A stretch of 64,000 nucleotides of DNA from Nitrosopumilaceae archaeon (GTDB lineage Archaea; Thermoproteota; Nitrososphaeria; Nitrososphaerales; Nitrosopumilaceae), in NCBI GenBank assembly GCA_965209085.1, contig OZ242376.1, forward strand, positions 384,001-448,000, given 5' to 3'. Both the position numbers and the translations under genes were made by a program. Under the pieces are notes generated by a model. It saw only the letters and a list, made by a program, of their open reading frames with translations. It did not search any database and was not told where the DNA came from. Positions 47,272-62,735 of the stretch are shown in pieces (within the stretch, counting starts at the first letter, position 1; every line of letters starts with the position of its first letter).

Positions 47272-49092
47272 CTATGTGGCAAGTCTTGGATAAAATATGT
47301 AAATAACTGCAATTATCTCAAGCCTTCCAAATATCATCAGAAAACTCATCCCTATCTTTGAGGCCGGATCGACATCTATGGTAATGGCCCCTGTGGAGAG
47401 TCCACCGGTGGTTATGAGGCCTACTGCTTCAAGATATGATTCATCAAAATCCGCCCCCGTTATGGTCTCTAGGTGAACGGCAGTACCGAACGCAATTATG
47501 GGGAAGAGCAGAATGAGAACAAGCGCCGTCATCATTTCTTTTTTTTCATCCTTACTCATATCGTTTCTTGTGGAACGGCGGACAAATAATACGACGTTGC
47601 TCATCTGCATCAGTCTGAATATCTTTATGCCGCCTGCCGTGGAAAAACCGCATCCGCCCACAAACATTAGAATTATCAGCACGGCGTATCCTACTCCGCT
47701 TACTCCGTCAAGATTGCTTATCTGCAGACCTGCGGTGGTTCCGGCCGATATTGCATAAAACATTCCCTCAAAATACCCAAAACCTCCGACCCACATGAAT
47801 AATGCCGCGCCTATTGCCAAAACGGCAAAATAAACCAAAACCTCCTTGCCAATCTTTGTGAGCATGAACCTTTTGCGCAAAAAACCATAGTGGAATGTAA
47901 ACGGAAGGGCGCCAAGTATCATGGCTGCCATCAGCGTTGCGTGCTGTTGCCATATCATATCTGCAAGCATCGTTGATGATGGGACAAATCCTCCTGTCGC
48001 CACAGTGCTCATTACTAGTGAAACATTGTCTATGATGTCTGTTGCACCAAAACCGTACAGTATGGCGACAAATATCATTATGTATATGGAAAATATCACT
48101 ATGATTGTTCCGAAAAGCTCGCGAAGATGCAGCGTTTTACCGGATATAAACCCGCGCATGGTTTGTAGTTTTCCCTCCGGATAAAAGGCTGTAATTACAA
48201 GATAAATGAAACTCATGCCTCCGACCAGCTGCGTAAAACTGCGATAAAACGTGAAACTCTGCGGCAAATCCTCCGGGGAATCGAAAAGCGATATGCCTCC
48301 GGTGGTAAACCCTGCGGCGCTGGAGAAAAATCCGCTTGCAAACGCCTCTATTGGAGTTTCATATTCAAACGTGGACACGTACAGATACGGGACGGTGCCA
48401 AAAAGTGTGAGAATAAACAGGCTGGAAAACACCAGTATGGAAGCCTGCCGCATATTCAGACTGGATTTTTCGCCGTACGAATTTAAAAAAAATCCGGAAA
48501 CTAGCAACATGACCGTAGTCAGGTATATTCCTGTGGCAGTTACAGTGTCGTTTAGGATGGTTGCCACTACGGCCGGAATCAGAATAAGCACGCCTGAAAA
48601 CTGGAGAACAAATCCCAGATTTCCCAAAATGGCTTTTACCGGGGGGCTGATTAATCTTGGAGGCGTGATTGTCGCATTGCGTATTACTTCGGCTATTTTC
48701 TGCTGGCTGATTATTCCCAAAACTTTGCCTTTTTTATCCATCACTGGAAGCTTACGTACGTTGCGGTCCCGCATAATGTGCAAAGCGTTTTGAATCTGCG
48801 TTCCTGGCGTAACTGTAATCAGCGGCGAGCTCATAATATCCTCCAAAGTGGTGGTCTCAGCGTACACATTTTTGTCGCTTACCTTGTTGAGAATGTCCTG
48901 ATCAGTTACAATGCCGATGGGTTTGTCTAACGCATCGGTAACTATAATGTCGTCGCGCTCGTAATGCTGCAAGTGTGTGACCGCCTGCTGTGTGGGGGTA
49001 AATGCGGGAAGTTTTAAAACATCAGGATCCATGTACACGGAGACTGATTTGGTTAGAACATATGATACCGATTTTCGGGATTCACTTGACAT
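47272..49092 (-). CDS. trkH: CBS-domain-fused TrkH-family K+ uptake protein
   Basis: N-terminal CBS pair; pore motifs FTTGG, VATGG, GTTAG, ITTGG; GGCGFSTAGGIK and GRLE. Confidence 0.9.
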   Translation of the reverse strand: MSSESRKSVSYVLTKSVSVYMDPDVLKLPAFTPTQQAVTHLQHYERDDIIVTDALDKPIGIVTDQDILNKVSDKNVYAETTTLEDIMSSPLITVTPGTQIQNALHIMRDRNVRKLPVMDKKGKVLGIISQQKIAEVIRNATITPPRLISPPVKAILGNLGFVLQFSGVLILIPAVVATILNDTVTATGIYLTTVMLLVSGFFLNSYGEKSSLNMRQASILVFSSLFILTLFGTVPYLYVSTFEYETPIEAFASGFFSSAAGFTTGGISLFDSPEDLPQSFTFYRSFTQLVGGMSFIYLVITAFYPEGKLQTMRGFISGKTLHLRELFGTIIVIFSIYIMIFVAILYGFGATDIIDNVSLVMSTVATGGFVPSSTMLADMIWQQHATLMAAMILGALPFTFHYGFLRKRFMLTKIGKEVLVYFAVLAIGAALFMWVGGFGYFEGMFYAISAGTTAGLQISNLDGVSGVGYAVLIILMFVGGCGFSTAGGIKIFRLMQMSNVVLFVRRSTRNDMSKDEKKEMMTALVLILLFPIIAFGTAVHLETITGADFDESYLEAVGLITTGGLSTGAITIDVDPASKIGMSFLMIFGRLEIIAVIYIFYPRLAT

Positions 49093-49175
49093 ACAAACGC
49101 TGGTCTTTATCTTGTATTTTAACAAGCGAGGCGATCACATGTCATGTTTATATCCAAAGAATGTTCCGTAACCGT

Positions 49176-49598
49176 ATGCGCATGGATGAGCGAGAAAATC
49201 CAGATTATGAAACGGCCAAACTTGGCCATGTGGGATTCGTGGATCCGTATGCTCTTGAAGGTATTTTGATTTTAACATCCGATGACGGCAGGGAGTTTAT
49301 AATGCGCTCGTTTTCTGGCGAAGTTGCCAAACACATAAAATCTTTTTCAAACGGCGGGGAGAGATCGTCCACAATATATGCAATGTTTGAGGACATGTGC
49401 GAACAAAACGGCGACATACTTGTAAAAGTCAAGATATACGAGAGCGGCGAGGCTCTGCGGGCAAACCTGTACCTTACGGGAAAAAAAGACACCGTGTTGC
49501 GAAATTACAGGGCATCGGATGCTGTGGCACTGGCCGTCTTTTACGGAATACCCATACTGGTTAAAAACACGCTTTTAAAGGAAAAACTTGAAGCCTAG
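49176..49598 (+). CDS. Bifunctional nuclease domain (DUF151) protein
   Basis: RASDAVALAV...PILV motif. Confidence 0.85.
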   Translation: MRMDERENPDYETAKLGHVGFVDPYALEGILILTSDDGREFIMRSFSGEVAKHIKSFSNGGERSSTIYAMFEDMCEQNGDILVKVKIYESGEALRANLYLTGKKDTVLRNYRASDAVALAVFYGIPILVKNTLLKEKLEA

Positions 49599-50689
49599 GT
49601 TGTAATTTTTCCAAGACTGCCTTCGTTGATTGCCTGCCTAATCTCCATAGCTATGCGCCTGCCGATTCCAAACGTCTGACCGTACTGGTATTTTGTATAC
49701 GGACTGGTCGTGGCCACTATGGGGTTACCTGGAACCCGCAGGGATACATCATACACCACTAGTTCCAAATCGCGCGTTATGACGCTTTGAAGTGAAAAAG
49801 GACCTATTATTCCGGGAGGATATTCTTTTTTCACGGCCCTGACAAATTTCTCACCCATGGCAAGCACTTTTTCCAACAACGACTCGCGTATGCTTGCGGG
49901 TGTGTGTCCCACCTCTATGTTTTGCAATTCAATAGAGCCCATCTGCATTTGTTGTGCTGCGGGAAGCGCGTTAAAATCGTGCACGTTTGTCTGCAGGCGC
50001 CTCTCTATGCCGATAAAATCTACACCGTCCGATATGGGGGTGTGAAAATAATTAAAATTCATGTACGTTCCTATTGCAAGCTCCTCAATGCTAGCTTTTT
50101 GCAGTCCTGCGCGCGAAATCATGCCATCTTTTATCTTTTTTTCGGATTTTTCCACATAGTCTTTGGGGGACATTACGGTAAAAAACGCCCTCTCCATCTT
50201 GCGGTTTTTCTCCTGCACTTTTACAATTGCAGGTGCGTTTATCTCGCCGGGTTTTGAAAAAATTCTGGGGTACCGTATGCCTGCTTTTTTTAAAAGATAA
50301 TACTGGTTTCTCTTCTCGTCGCGCTCTTCAGCTCGAAAGAGCATTCTGTTGCCAAAAATTGGAACCTTGAATTTTTCTTCGATTGTTTTGTATCCAAGAT
50401 ACGCGGTAAGGGATCTGTGCGGAACCACTATGGTGTCAGTTGACACCATTTTTTTCTGCGCCTTTGCACCTGCCATGTCTGAAAATTTATCCATCACGAT
50501 TATTTCGTCCGCTATTCTTGAGAATTTTTTATACGGCGCCTCCCGTCCTTTTTGACAAAATACCACGGTTTGAAAATTCTCGTCTTTTGCCCCGTCCATT
50601 ATTTCTAGGGCAGAATGGCTGCCAAGAACGCCTATGCGCGGATTTTTGTAACCTGATAGAATCTGTGCAATATCCTTTTTTGCGACCAT
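49595..50689 (-). CDS. purP: Formate-dependent AICAR ligase (FAICAR synthetase)
   Basis: GSHSAL..MDGAKDE, PIFGNR, RESLL, GPFSLQ and GRRIAMEI motifs. Confidence 0.92.
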   Translation of the reverse strand: MVAKKDIAQILSGYKNPRIGVLGSHSALEIMDGAKDENFQTVVFCQKGREAPYKKFSRIADEIIVMDKFSDMAGAKAQKKMVSTDTIVVPHRSLTAYLGYKTIEEKFKVPIFGNRMLFRAEERDEKRNQYYLLKKAGIRYPRIFSKPGEINAPAIVKVQEKNRKMERAFFTVMSPKDYVEKSEKKIKDGMISRAGLQKASIEELAIGTYMNFNYFHTPISDGVDFIGIERRLQTNVHDFNALPAAQQMQMGSIELQNIEVGHTPASIRESLLEKVLAMGEKFVRAVKKEYPPGIIGPFSLQSVITRDLELVVYDVSLRVPGNPIVATTSPYTKYQYGQTFGIGRRIAMEIRQAINEGSLGKITT

Positions 50690-50750
50690 GCCAAAACAGG
50701 GGTAAAATCATAATATAACTATAGGTGAGCAAACCCGGCATTCTATTCGC

Positions 50751-50879
50751 TTATTCTTGCTCTTTGAGAAGATCTTCTAGTGCTTGGCCCGCATCCGTCA
50801 TGCCGTGCTCCATTGCATGTTTTGATATTGCGCGGTATTGGGCATCGGTGCAACAGACCGGTATTGTACGTTTTTCCAT
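50751..50879 (-). CDS. Microprotein, ribbon-helix-helix-like (42 aa)
   Basis: Hand translation MEKRTIPVCCTDAQYRAISKHAMEHGMTDAGQALEDLLKEQE*. Confidence 0.55.
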   Translation of the reverse strand: MEKRTIPVCCTDAQYRAISKHAMEHGMTDAGQALEDLLKEQE

Positions 50880-50926
50880 GATTAGCCGTGATAATATTAT
50901 TTAATATCCTTTTCTATGGACAGTAC

Positions 50927-51442
50927 ATGAACGGACGCGTACAGATACTCGTTATAGGGCACAACGAGTCCGGCTGTACGGCAGATCATGAAAAAATTGC
51001 ATACGATACGGGCGCACAAATTGCACAATCCGGAGCTGTTTTGATTACTGGAGGTCTTGGAGGCGTAATGCGGTTCTCGTCCAAGGGTGCAAAAGAGGCA
51101 GGCGGAATAACCGTGGGGGTGCTGCCACAAAATAAGCGCGGTGAGGAAAATGAATTTTGCAGCGTGGTACTTCCAACCGGAATGGGATATGCCAGGGATT
51201 TTCTCAACGCCTTGTCAGCTGATGCGGTGATAATCATAGGGGGAGGAGCTGGCACGCTATCTGAAATGTGTGCCGCGTACATGTACGAGCGTCCAATGGT
51301 TGCAATACGTGGTACTGGCGGAATGGCAGACGAGTATGATGGAAAATACATGGATTACCGGAAAAAATTCCCGGTGCGTGGAGCTGATACGCCCGCTGAA
51401 GCTGTGAAAACCGCGCTCGCCTTATGCGGACATGGATCGTAG
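50927..51442 (+). CDS. LOG/TIGR00725-family Rossmann-fold protein
   Basis: TGGLGGVM, TGMGYAR and GGGAGTLSE motifs. Confidence 0.9.
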   Translation: MNGRVQILVIGHNESGCTADHEKIAYDTGAQIAQSGAVLITGGLGGVMRFSSKGAKEAGGITVGVLPQNKRGEENEFCSVVLPTGMGYARDFLNALSADAVIIIGGGAGTLSEMCAAYMYERPMVAIRGTGGMADEYDGKYMDYRKKFPVRGADTPAEAVKTALALCGHGS

Positions 51443-52570
51443 CATTGGATCGGGCTCGTAAAAAGTTCCGTATACGGATGAAAATTTTTCAAGATGTTTG
51501 ATGATCTTATCAACACCAAACTCTTTTGCCGTCTCAAATATGGGCTTTTTTAACCCGAGTCCAAGATTTGCCGCCTTTTCAATCTCGGTAACGTCGCTTG
51601 CCCCGTTTGTAACAAGCCATGCGGCATTATTCAGCAGGTTTGCAAATATTGGAAGGGGATTGTATTTCTTCCCGAGCTCCTCGGATAACTTTACGCGTTC
51701 ATAGTTTTCTTTTGAATACTGGTAAAACCCTTCGCCTGATTTTTTGCCCAATTTTTTTACATTAAACATCTCTTCTATTCTGGGATGTGGATTTGCAACC
51801 TTTGCATCGCGCTGATGCATCTCAAAAGTAGCCTTGTGCATTACATCCATACCAGTAAAATCTGCAAGCTCGAATATTCCCATTGGGAATCCAAGTGAAA
51901 ATTTGAACGCAGAATCAATCTCCTCCAAGCTTGCACCGGTGCGGTCAACTTCATAACACGCCTCGTGAGCCATAGGTATGAAAAGCCTGTTTACTATGAA
52001 TCCTGGAACATCCTTGCGGCATACCACTGATTCTTTTCCAACAAATTTTACAAATTCAACAATGTCTTTTGTCACTTTTGCATCAGTCTTTGTCCCAGGT
52101 ATGACCTCTACAAGCTTCATCAGTTGCGGCGGGTTGAAAAAATGTATTCCGACAAATCTCTCCGGTTTTGCAATCGTTTGGGATATTTCCGTTATGGGCA
52201 GCGTGCTTGTATTGGATGCAAATACTGCATCCTCCGGAGCTGACGCCTCTAGTTCAGCATAGACTTTTTTCTTTAAATCCATAATTTCTGGCACCGCCTC
52301 TATCACCATCTCACATTCGCCTACTGCTTTTGCCAAGTCCGTATGCGGGGTTATTCTACCGTATATCCTATCTGCATTTTCTGAATCAATCTTGCCTTTT
52401 TGCACCATTTTGTCAAGACTCCAGCGTATCTTTTGCATGGCTTTGTCCAAAAATTCTTTTTTTATGTCGCGCAAAGCCACATTGCATCCTGCAGTTGCGG
52501 CAACCTGGGCTATTCCGTGACCCATTATACCCGAACCTAGAACAGCTATATTCTTGAACGTCAACGGCAT
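51422..52570 (-). CDS. 3-hydroxyacyl-CoA (3-hydroxybutyryl-CoA) dehydrogenase
   Basis: GSGIMGHG, SNTS, HFFNP and PGFIVNR motifs. Confidence 0.93.
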   Translation of the reverse strand: MPLTFKNIAVLGSGIMGHGIAQVAATAGCNVALRDIKKEFLDKAMQKIRWSLDKMVQKGKIDSENADRIYGRITPHTDLAKAVGECEMVIEAVPEIMDLKKKVYAELEASAPEDAVFASNTSTLPITEISQTIAKPERFVGIHFFNPPQLMKLVEVIPGTKTDAKVTKDIVEFVKFVGKESVVCRKDVPGFIVNRLFIPMAHEACYEVDRTGASLEEIDSAFKFSLGFPMGIFELADFTGMDVMHKATFEMHQRDAKVANPHPRIEEMFNVKKLGKKSGEGFYQYSKENYERVKLSEELGKKYNPLPIFANLLNNAAWLVTNGASDVTEIEKAANLGLGLKKPIFETAKEFGVDKIIKHLEKFSSVYGTFYEPDPMLRSMSA

Positions 52571-52616
52571 TATACCTCAAGTATCCTTTATAATGTATTG
52601 TGAATGCGTCACAAAC

Positions 52617-52784
52617 ATGGGTATGTTTGGACGTGGGACGAAAAAAGACGTTGGTACAAAATGCAAAATATGCGGGGTGGAATTGCACGAATCCGAACGT
52701 TTGGAGCGCCACATGAAAAAAGCGCATGCTAACGTACCCCAAAGTAAACCCGACGAACGCAGCTCCGAGGGTGGCCTGTGGTAG
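52617..52784 (+). CDS. C2H2 Zn-finger microprotein
   Basis: KCKICG...LERHMKKAH. Confidence 0.75.
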   Translation: MGMFGRGTKKDVGTKCKICGVELHESERLERHMKKAHANVPQSKPDERSSEGGLW

Positions 52785-53059
52785 CTGAAATGAAAGAGGA
52801 AAAAAAATATACGATTATCATTATCGGAGCTTTTTTTGCAGTGGGCATTGTGATGGCCACCGTGGTTTTTCCGTTTTGGAATCTGATACGCGAGGACGTC
52901 TACGAAAAAGTCGTAATACTTGCAAATCATGACGGCGTATGTTATGCAGAATCCGAGGATCTTACGTCAAAAACAATATTCGATTGTACTGCACGCACAG
53001 GGGATACTGTCACCATAAAATACGGCCGCGATCTTGCATGGGCGGTAATTGCAGAATAG
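52778..53059 (+). CDS. Small membrane-anchored hypothetical protein
   Basis: One N-terminal TM segment; operon-like overlaps with neighbours. Confidence 0.7.
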   Translation: MVAEMKEEKKYTIIIIGAFFAVGIVMATVVFPFWNLIREDVYEKVVILANHDGVCYAESEDLTSKTIFDCTARTGDTVTIKYGRDLAWAVIAE

Positions 53060-53066
53060 ATGCGTA

Positions 53067-53480
53067 ATGCCTGAACCGTGCATATTCTGTGATATTGTCT
53101 CCGGTATAGTGCCTGCAAAAACGGTTGGATCTACTCAAAGCTCCATTGCATTCATGGATGCGTTTCCGGTGGCGGCCGGACACGTTCTAATCGTACCGTT
53201 AAGACACTGTGAAAAAATACAGGATTTAAGCGGCACCGAATGCGCCGATTTGTTTGGACTTGTACAAAACATGATAAAAAAAGTGGATACGCTGACAGGT
53301 TCGACTTTGGTTGCCGCACACAACGGCAGGGAGAGTGGGCAGGAAATTCCCCACGTACACGTTCATCTCATACCTCGCGATAAAAACGACGGAGCCGGAC
53401 CGGTACATAGTATGTTTGGCAAAAATCCAGTAAGCAAAGAACAATCTGAACATGCATACGATGCGGTATGTTCTGCCTAA
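53067..53480 (+). CDS. HIT-family protein
   Basis: CIFC and HVHVH motifs. Confidence 0.95.
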   Translation: MPEPCIFCDIVSGIVPAKTVGSTQSSIAFMDAFPVAAGHVLIVPLRHCEKIQDLSGTECADLFGLVQNMIKKVDTLTGSTLVAAHNGRESGQEIPHVHVHLIPRDKNDGAGPVHSMFGKNPVSKEQSEHAYDAVCSA

Positions 53481-54115
53481 AACGGGTACAGTTTTTCCCC
53501 GGTGGTAATGTTGCCAACCGATATTGCCTTTGTAGGGCAGGTCTCGGCGGCATTCATGATTTTTTCAAGACTGGCACCGTGTCTGTTGTGTACGGTGGAT
53601 TTTGGATTTGTATGTTTGCTACTGTCTATTGAAAATACGTTTGGCGCTATGACTTCGCAACTGCAGCATCCAATACACAAACTGGGTTCGATTTTTACTG
53701 CAAGGTTTGGGCGCTTTACCTCGTCTCCATCATCCTGCGGTTTTTCACGGGTTTTATCCATGAATTTTCCGTAATCATCCCAAAACTTGCGTTCGTATTC
53801 GGTCCAAAATTTTTCATTATGTTCGTACTCTTTGGTATATTTTGACCAGTCCTGCTCTGGCGGATCCTGCGGCCGGGTGGCACCCCACTGGCTTTTGCGG
53901 GGACTAGGTGCAGGTTTTTTGGCGGATTTTGCGGGGGAGGATTTGAGTATTTCGTATGCTTTTATAATTTGTTTAAACTCAACGCTACTGCCGCTACGGT
54001 CCGGATGCAGTTTTAACGCCATTTTGCGATATGCTAATTTTACTTTGTCTGGCTCTGCGCCGTATTCCAGTTTTAAAACCCCATACGCTTCTTTTTCGTC
54101 CACGACAGAATACAT
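53477..54115 (-). CDS. DnaJ-ferredoxin fusion protein
   Basis: J-domain HPD, then CIGCCSC...CP ferredoxin motif. Confidence 0.92.
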   Translation of the reverse strand: MYSVVDEKEAYGVLKLEYGAEPDKVKLAYRKMALKLHPDRSGSSVEFKQIIKAYEILKSSPAKSAKKPAPSPRKSQWGATRPQDPPEQDWSKYTKEYEHNEKFWTEYERKFWDDYGKFMDKTREKPQDDGDEVKRPNLAVKIEPSLCIGCCSCEVIAPNVFSIDSSKHTNPKSTVHNRHGASLEKIMNAAETCPTKAISVGNITTGEKLYPF

Positions 54116-54177
54116 ACATGGATCTTTAAAAATGATTGTACAAATCCGTACACGGTGCACAAATTCTGCCTTGGGGA

Positions 54178-54627
54178 TCAGATCTTTTTGGTTACAGTTC
54201 CGGCAGAATCTGATTCATACCATGACGTTTTGAAAGTGCCTCCTTTGCCTGAAAGATTAAGCGCAATGTGGGAAAACAACTCTGTCTTTTTCACGGAACC
54301 GTGCGTATGAAGTGTTCCTGCAGGCACATACACAATTGATCCTGTGTGCAGTGGGATCTTTTCTTTTATTTTTGTCTTAAACGGAGGTTTTTTATTTCTG
54401 CTGGAATACGTTACAAGACTTCCTGCACCGCTGGTTACAATGAGCATCTGCCCGGACGTATGGAAATGTATTTTTGTCCTAGATCCTTCGTGGAATTTTA
54501 CGTGCAAAACGTCCGTTTCTTTTGGTTTTGGACTGACTGAAACCATCTGCAGTGATACTTTGCCGGTAAAATAATCTGGACTTACTTTTTTTACGGTTCC
54601 TTTTTTTACAAAACTTCCAGCTTTCAT
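54178..54627 (-). CDS. Cupin-domain protein
   Basis: HFH..GQ and VPAGTLHTHG motifs. Confidence 0.88.
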   Translation of the reverse strand: MKAGSFVKKGTVKKVSPDYFTGKVSLQMVSVSPKPKETDVLHVKFHEGSRTKIHFHTSGQMLIVTSGAGSLVTYSSRNKKPPFKTKIKEKIPLHTGSIVYVPAGTLHTHGSVKKTELFSHIALNLSGKGGTFKTSWYESDSAGTVTKKI

Positions 54628-54704
54628 GACTGTGCATCATACGTTTGATTATATAATTTAACGGAATCGGACATCCTTAATACGAAGAAGCTTCGATATG
54701 GGAT

Positions 54705-55397
54705 ATGGAGAATATCACAAAAACTTTGGTACTCTTGCGCAAGATGACTCTGGAAGATGCAATGCGATTGGTTGAATCAAAAAAAACCTCACAGTTTGGC
54801 ACCGCTCTTCTCAGGCCAAAAAAAAGCCAAATCCACCTGCATTCTGTTTCCCTTGTATACGAACCAATACTGATAGTATCCGGTTCGTATTCTGCAAATT
54901 ATTACCGAAAAGCGGTACACAAGATAAAAGTGGACCGCAACGTCAAAGAAGTGATTGTGGGCCCTGACACGTTTGAAGTTTCAAAAAAATCAAAACTTTC
55001 CAAACTTGTAAACACCGATGGAAAACGCGTCATAAATTTGGATCTTGAAGAACACATGTTTGTAAAAAACGATGGGACGCTGTATCTGGATCATCATGGA
55101 AAACGGCTCGAAAACCTGCCATATGCGATGGATCAAAAAGTTATGGAAAGCTACGGCTCAAAGGTTTTGGCAGCGGAGAAAACAAAAGAGCATGAAATTT
55201 CAACAACCGATGCGGTAACCATGCTGAAACGAATTTTAAAAGACATACCAAAATCCAAAATGAGAAATCTTGAAGAACACTTTGAACCTCAAAGTATTGT
55301 AATGTTGTACGTTCCAATATACGAGGCGAGGCTTGTAGGATCGTCCAAAAAAATACGCATAATGCGGATAGATGCGACGCGCAAAAAAATACTCTAG
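54705..55397 (+). CDS. Hypothetical protein
   Basis: 230-aa ORF with natural composition. Confidence 0.75.
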   Translation: MENITKTLVLLRKMTLEDAMRLVESKKTSQFGTALLRPKKSQIHLHSVSLVYEPILIVSGSYSANYYRKAVHKIKVDRNVKEVIVGPDTFEVSKKSKLSKLVNTDGKRVINLDLEEHMFVKNDGTLYLDHHGKRLENLPYAMDQKVMESYGSKVLAAEKTKEHEISTTDAVTMLKRILKDIPKSKMRNLEEHFEPQSIVMLYVPIYEARLVGSSKKIRIMRIDATRKKIL

Positions 55398-56207
55398 TCA
55401 CAGAATCTTTGAATATCTGGAATCTTCCCGCATAGCATCAAAGGCTTTTTCCTCCAAGGCCCATCGTTTCACAGTCTTTGAATCTTTTTTGGCAGCAACC
55501 CTTAGTCTTTCTGCGGCCATGTCGTATTTTCCCACCGCAGCATAGCTTCTTGCCTTGGCATATTCTAGCGGCGCGTTTCCCTGATGGCGTATTGGAAGTC
55601 TGGCATAAATTTTCTGCGCTTCCTCATGGCGTCCCAATTCTGCAAGCTCTATGCCTTCGTGGAATTCTGCATCCGCGTGTCCGTGCTCTGATTTGCGTAC
55701 TGTATGAAAACATTTCAGAGCTTCCTCATGCCGTCCAAGTTTACCGTATACTATGCCGATGTAAAACTTTATTGATGATTTTCCAGAATCAAGTCTGATA
55801 GCTGTCTCAAGACTGGCAAGAGCTTGCTCATGTTCTCCAATTCTGTCTAACAAAACTCCTAGATTGAAATGTGCCGGAGCATACCGTCTGTCAAATTTTA
55901 TTGCATCAGAATAACATAATTTGGCCCCGTCAATGTTGCCAAGTTCTGCCATGGCTATTGCTTTGTTGTTCAAAGATGCGATATTTTCCGGATCAAGTCT
56001 GAGTGCCTCATCAAAACACGTTATCGCATCGGAATATTTTCGGATCTGATTGAGGGCAATTCCCCTGTTATAGTGAACCTGTCTGTTGTCCGGATCCTGC
56101 TTTATGGCCTGACCAAAGAGTGCAGCTGCTGCCTTTGGCTGATTTCTTCGCAACATTGCCATGCCCTGTCTTTCCAATTCCTTTGAATCTATTTTTTTAC
56201 CAAACAT
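55398..56207 (-). CDS. TPR protein
   Basis: Six to seven TPR motifs. Confidence 0.9.
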   Translation of the reverse strand: MFGKKIDSKELERQGMAMLRRNQPKAAAALFGQAIKQDPDNRQVHYNRGIALNQIRKYSDAITCFDEALRLDPENIASLNNKAIAMAELGNIDGAKLCYSDAIKFDRRYAPAHFNLGVLLDRIGEHEQALASLETAIRLDSGKSSIKFYIGIVYGKLGRHEEALKCFHTVRKSEHGHADAEFHEGIELAELGRHEEAQKIYARLPIRHQGNAPLEYAKARSYAAVGKYDMAAERLRVAAKKDSKTVKRWALEEKAFDAMREDSRYSKIL

Positions 56208-56270
56208 CGTATATGATGCGACATCTCCTTTTATTCAAGTTTGTTATATGGTATGCAATTAGATGCGCAT

Positions 56271-57605
56271 TCAGGACGTATTTTGGGCGTATTTTTCAGT
56301 GGCTGTCACCAGGGCGTTTACATCTGATTTTGTATGCGCATCTGAGATTGCTCCAAGCTTGCCGGGCAGAAAAAATATTCCCGAACGTGCGATAAGCGAA
56401 AAATGATATCTGTAGAGGGCGGCAGTATCGCATTTGGCAGCATCCGAGGCGTTTTTGACTTTGTAAATTCCGGATTTTTGCGTAAAATGGGGCATAAACA
56501 TGGAATCCTTTCCGGTGACTATTACCCTGCCGTCAAACGCTTTTGCAATTTTACGAGATGTCTCCCTGCCCAACAAACCAATTTTTGAATAAATCCCGGA
56601 TCCGTTTTTTTTGAGAATATCCAACGTGGCAGTTCCAGCAGACATGGTTGCAGGATTTGCCGAAAACGTTCCGCCCCCTATGTATGCTCTGTCAGTTTTT
56701 GAATGGGCGTTGGTGTCAGATAATTTCATTATTTCTTTTTTGCCGCATATTGCACCCACTGGAAATCCTCCGCCAATTATTTTTCCAAGTGTGACGATGT
56801 CAGGATCAAGTTTCATTTGCGGATAAATGCATCCGTATCTGAAACGAAATCCGGTAACAATTTCATCCAGCATAAAAAGAGCTCCGCACTTGTGTACAAA
56901 TTCCTGAACGCTTTGCATATAGTCTGCATCCGCGGGTATGCATCCGCCGCCTCCCAACATAGGTTCTATTATAACACCTGCCAAATTTTTTCCAACACGG
57001 CGTAAAATGTCAAGCGTTCCATCTATATCGTTGTACGGAACGGAAATAATGTTTGAAGATCCAACAAGACCGCCACTCTCCGGTATTTTAAACGGCCAGT
57101 TTACGGTTTTTAACAGCTCTGATGTATACCCGTGCCACCCGCCGTCTATTTTTGCCACGATTTTTTTTCCAGTAGCTGCGCGTGCAAGTCTGACCGCATA
57201 CATGGTTGCTTCCGTACCTGATGTAACATAACGTATCCGTTCTGCAGCTTTGACAGTTTTACATATTGACTCAGAGAATGCAAGTGTAGGTTCGTTCACC
57301 GTTCCATACATCCATCCGCGGCGCAGCTGTTTTGATACAGCACGTGCGACTTTGGCTTTTGCATGACCTAAAATCAAACTCCAATGACCCATCCAATAAT
57401 CCGTGTATCTGTTTGAATCCAGATCTGTCAGTTTTCCACCTGATGCGGATTTTGTCACAAACGGATATGGTTCAAAATACCGTATGTTGTGGTGCACGCC
57501 GTTTACATGATATTTCTTTGATTTTGCAAAAATAACCGACGATCTGGATGTCTTTTTACGGTATTCTGCAAGGGCATTTTGATATTCTGTCTTTTTGATC
57601 GCCAA
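56271..57605 (-). CDS. hemL: Glutamate-1-semialdehyde 2,1-aminomutase (class III aminotransferase)
   Basis: [23 protein letters not shown] and GGTFSANP motifs. Confidence 0.85.
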   Translation of the reverse strand: MAIKKTEYQNALAEYRKKTSRSSVIFAKSKKYHVNGVHHNIRYFEPYPFVTKSASGGKLTDLDSNRYTDYWMGHWSLILGHAKAKVARAVSKQLRRGWMYGTVNEPTLAFSESICKTVKAAERIRYVTSGTEATMYAVRLARAATGKKIVAKIDGGWHGYTSELLKTVNWPFKIPESGGLVGSSNIISVPYNDIDGTLDILRRVGKNLAGVIIEPMLGGGGCIPADADYMQSVQEFVHKCGALFMLDEIVTGFRFRYGCIYPQMKLDPDIVTLGKIIGGGFPVGAICGKKEIMKLSDTNAHSKTDRAYIGGGTFSANPATMSAGTATLDILKKNGSGIYSKIGLLGRETSRKIAKAFDGRVIVTGKDSMFMPHFTQKSGIYKVKNASDAAKCDTAALYRYHFSLIARSGIFFLPGKLGAISDAHTKSDVNALVTATEKYAQNTS

Positions 57606-57852
57606 TTTTCAGCTATTTTGTAACGGATCTAGGCATGGTTTATATGTATTTGAACGATTATTAGATTTCATACGTGACGCAAGGCGGCGCTTGTAATGAA
57701 TCCGTGGCAGTATGCCATATTGTGATTTACGGGCCTCCAGTTACGCATACAAAATGAGGATCCGATTGCAAAATCGGATCTGAAATGTGAAGACAAGTGC
57801 ATTCCGTCCAATTCCAATAATTTGTGCAGAGATTACTTATTTGTAATCCTTG

Positions 57853-59323
<1,471 letters not shown>

Positions 59324-59482
59324 TAGACAACACAACGAATTGTGTATGGAATGCACAAGTCTTCACACATCAGATGCAATGCGTCATCTCGCGATGACGT
59401 ATGAAGGATGTAGCTGACCTTCCTACCCTGGAAGGAAAGCAATGATCGTCGTGTATAGTCGTGTAATATGTGGCTGAATATG

Positions 59483-62467
<2,985 letters not shown>

Positions 62468-62735
62468 TTCAGCCACTTACATAGAGACTATACGCGACGA
62501 TTATTTTTAACAAGCATAGCGGACGCTATGTATGAAAATATGACACTATGGGTACGGATCATACAAGTTTGACACCGTCTTATTTTGTACCTAGATCTTG
62601 ATTTTTAGTGTAAATTATATGCATAACTTGAATTCGTACTATGAATCTGATAATATTTTTCAATAAAATGACAAAATAAGGCATTTTACACGCTTATGAC
62701 AAACTTTATCACACGTTGTATATGGGGTATAATTA

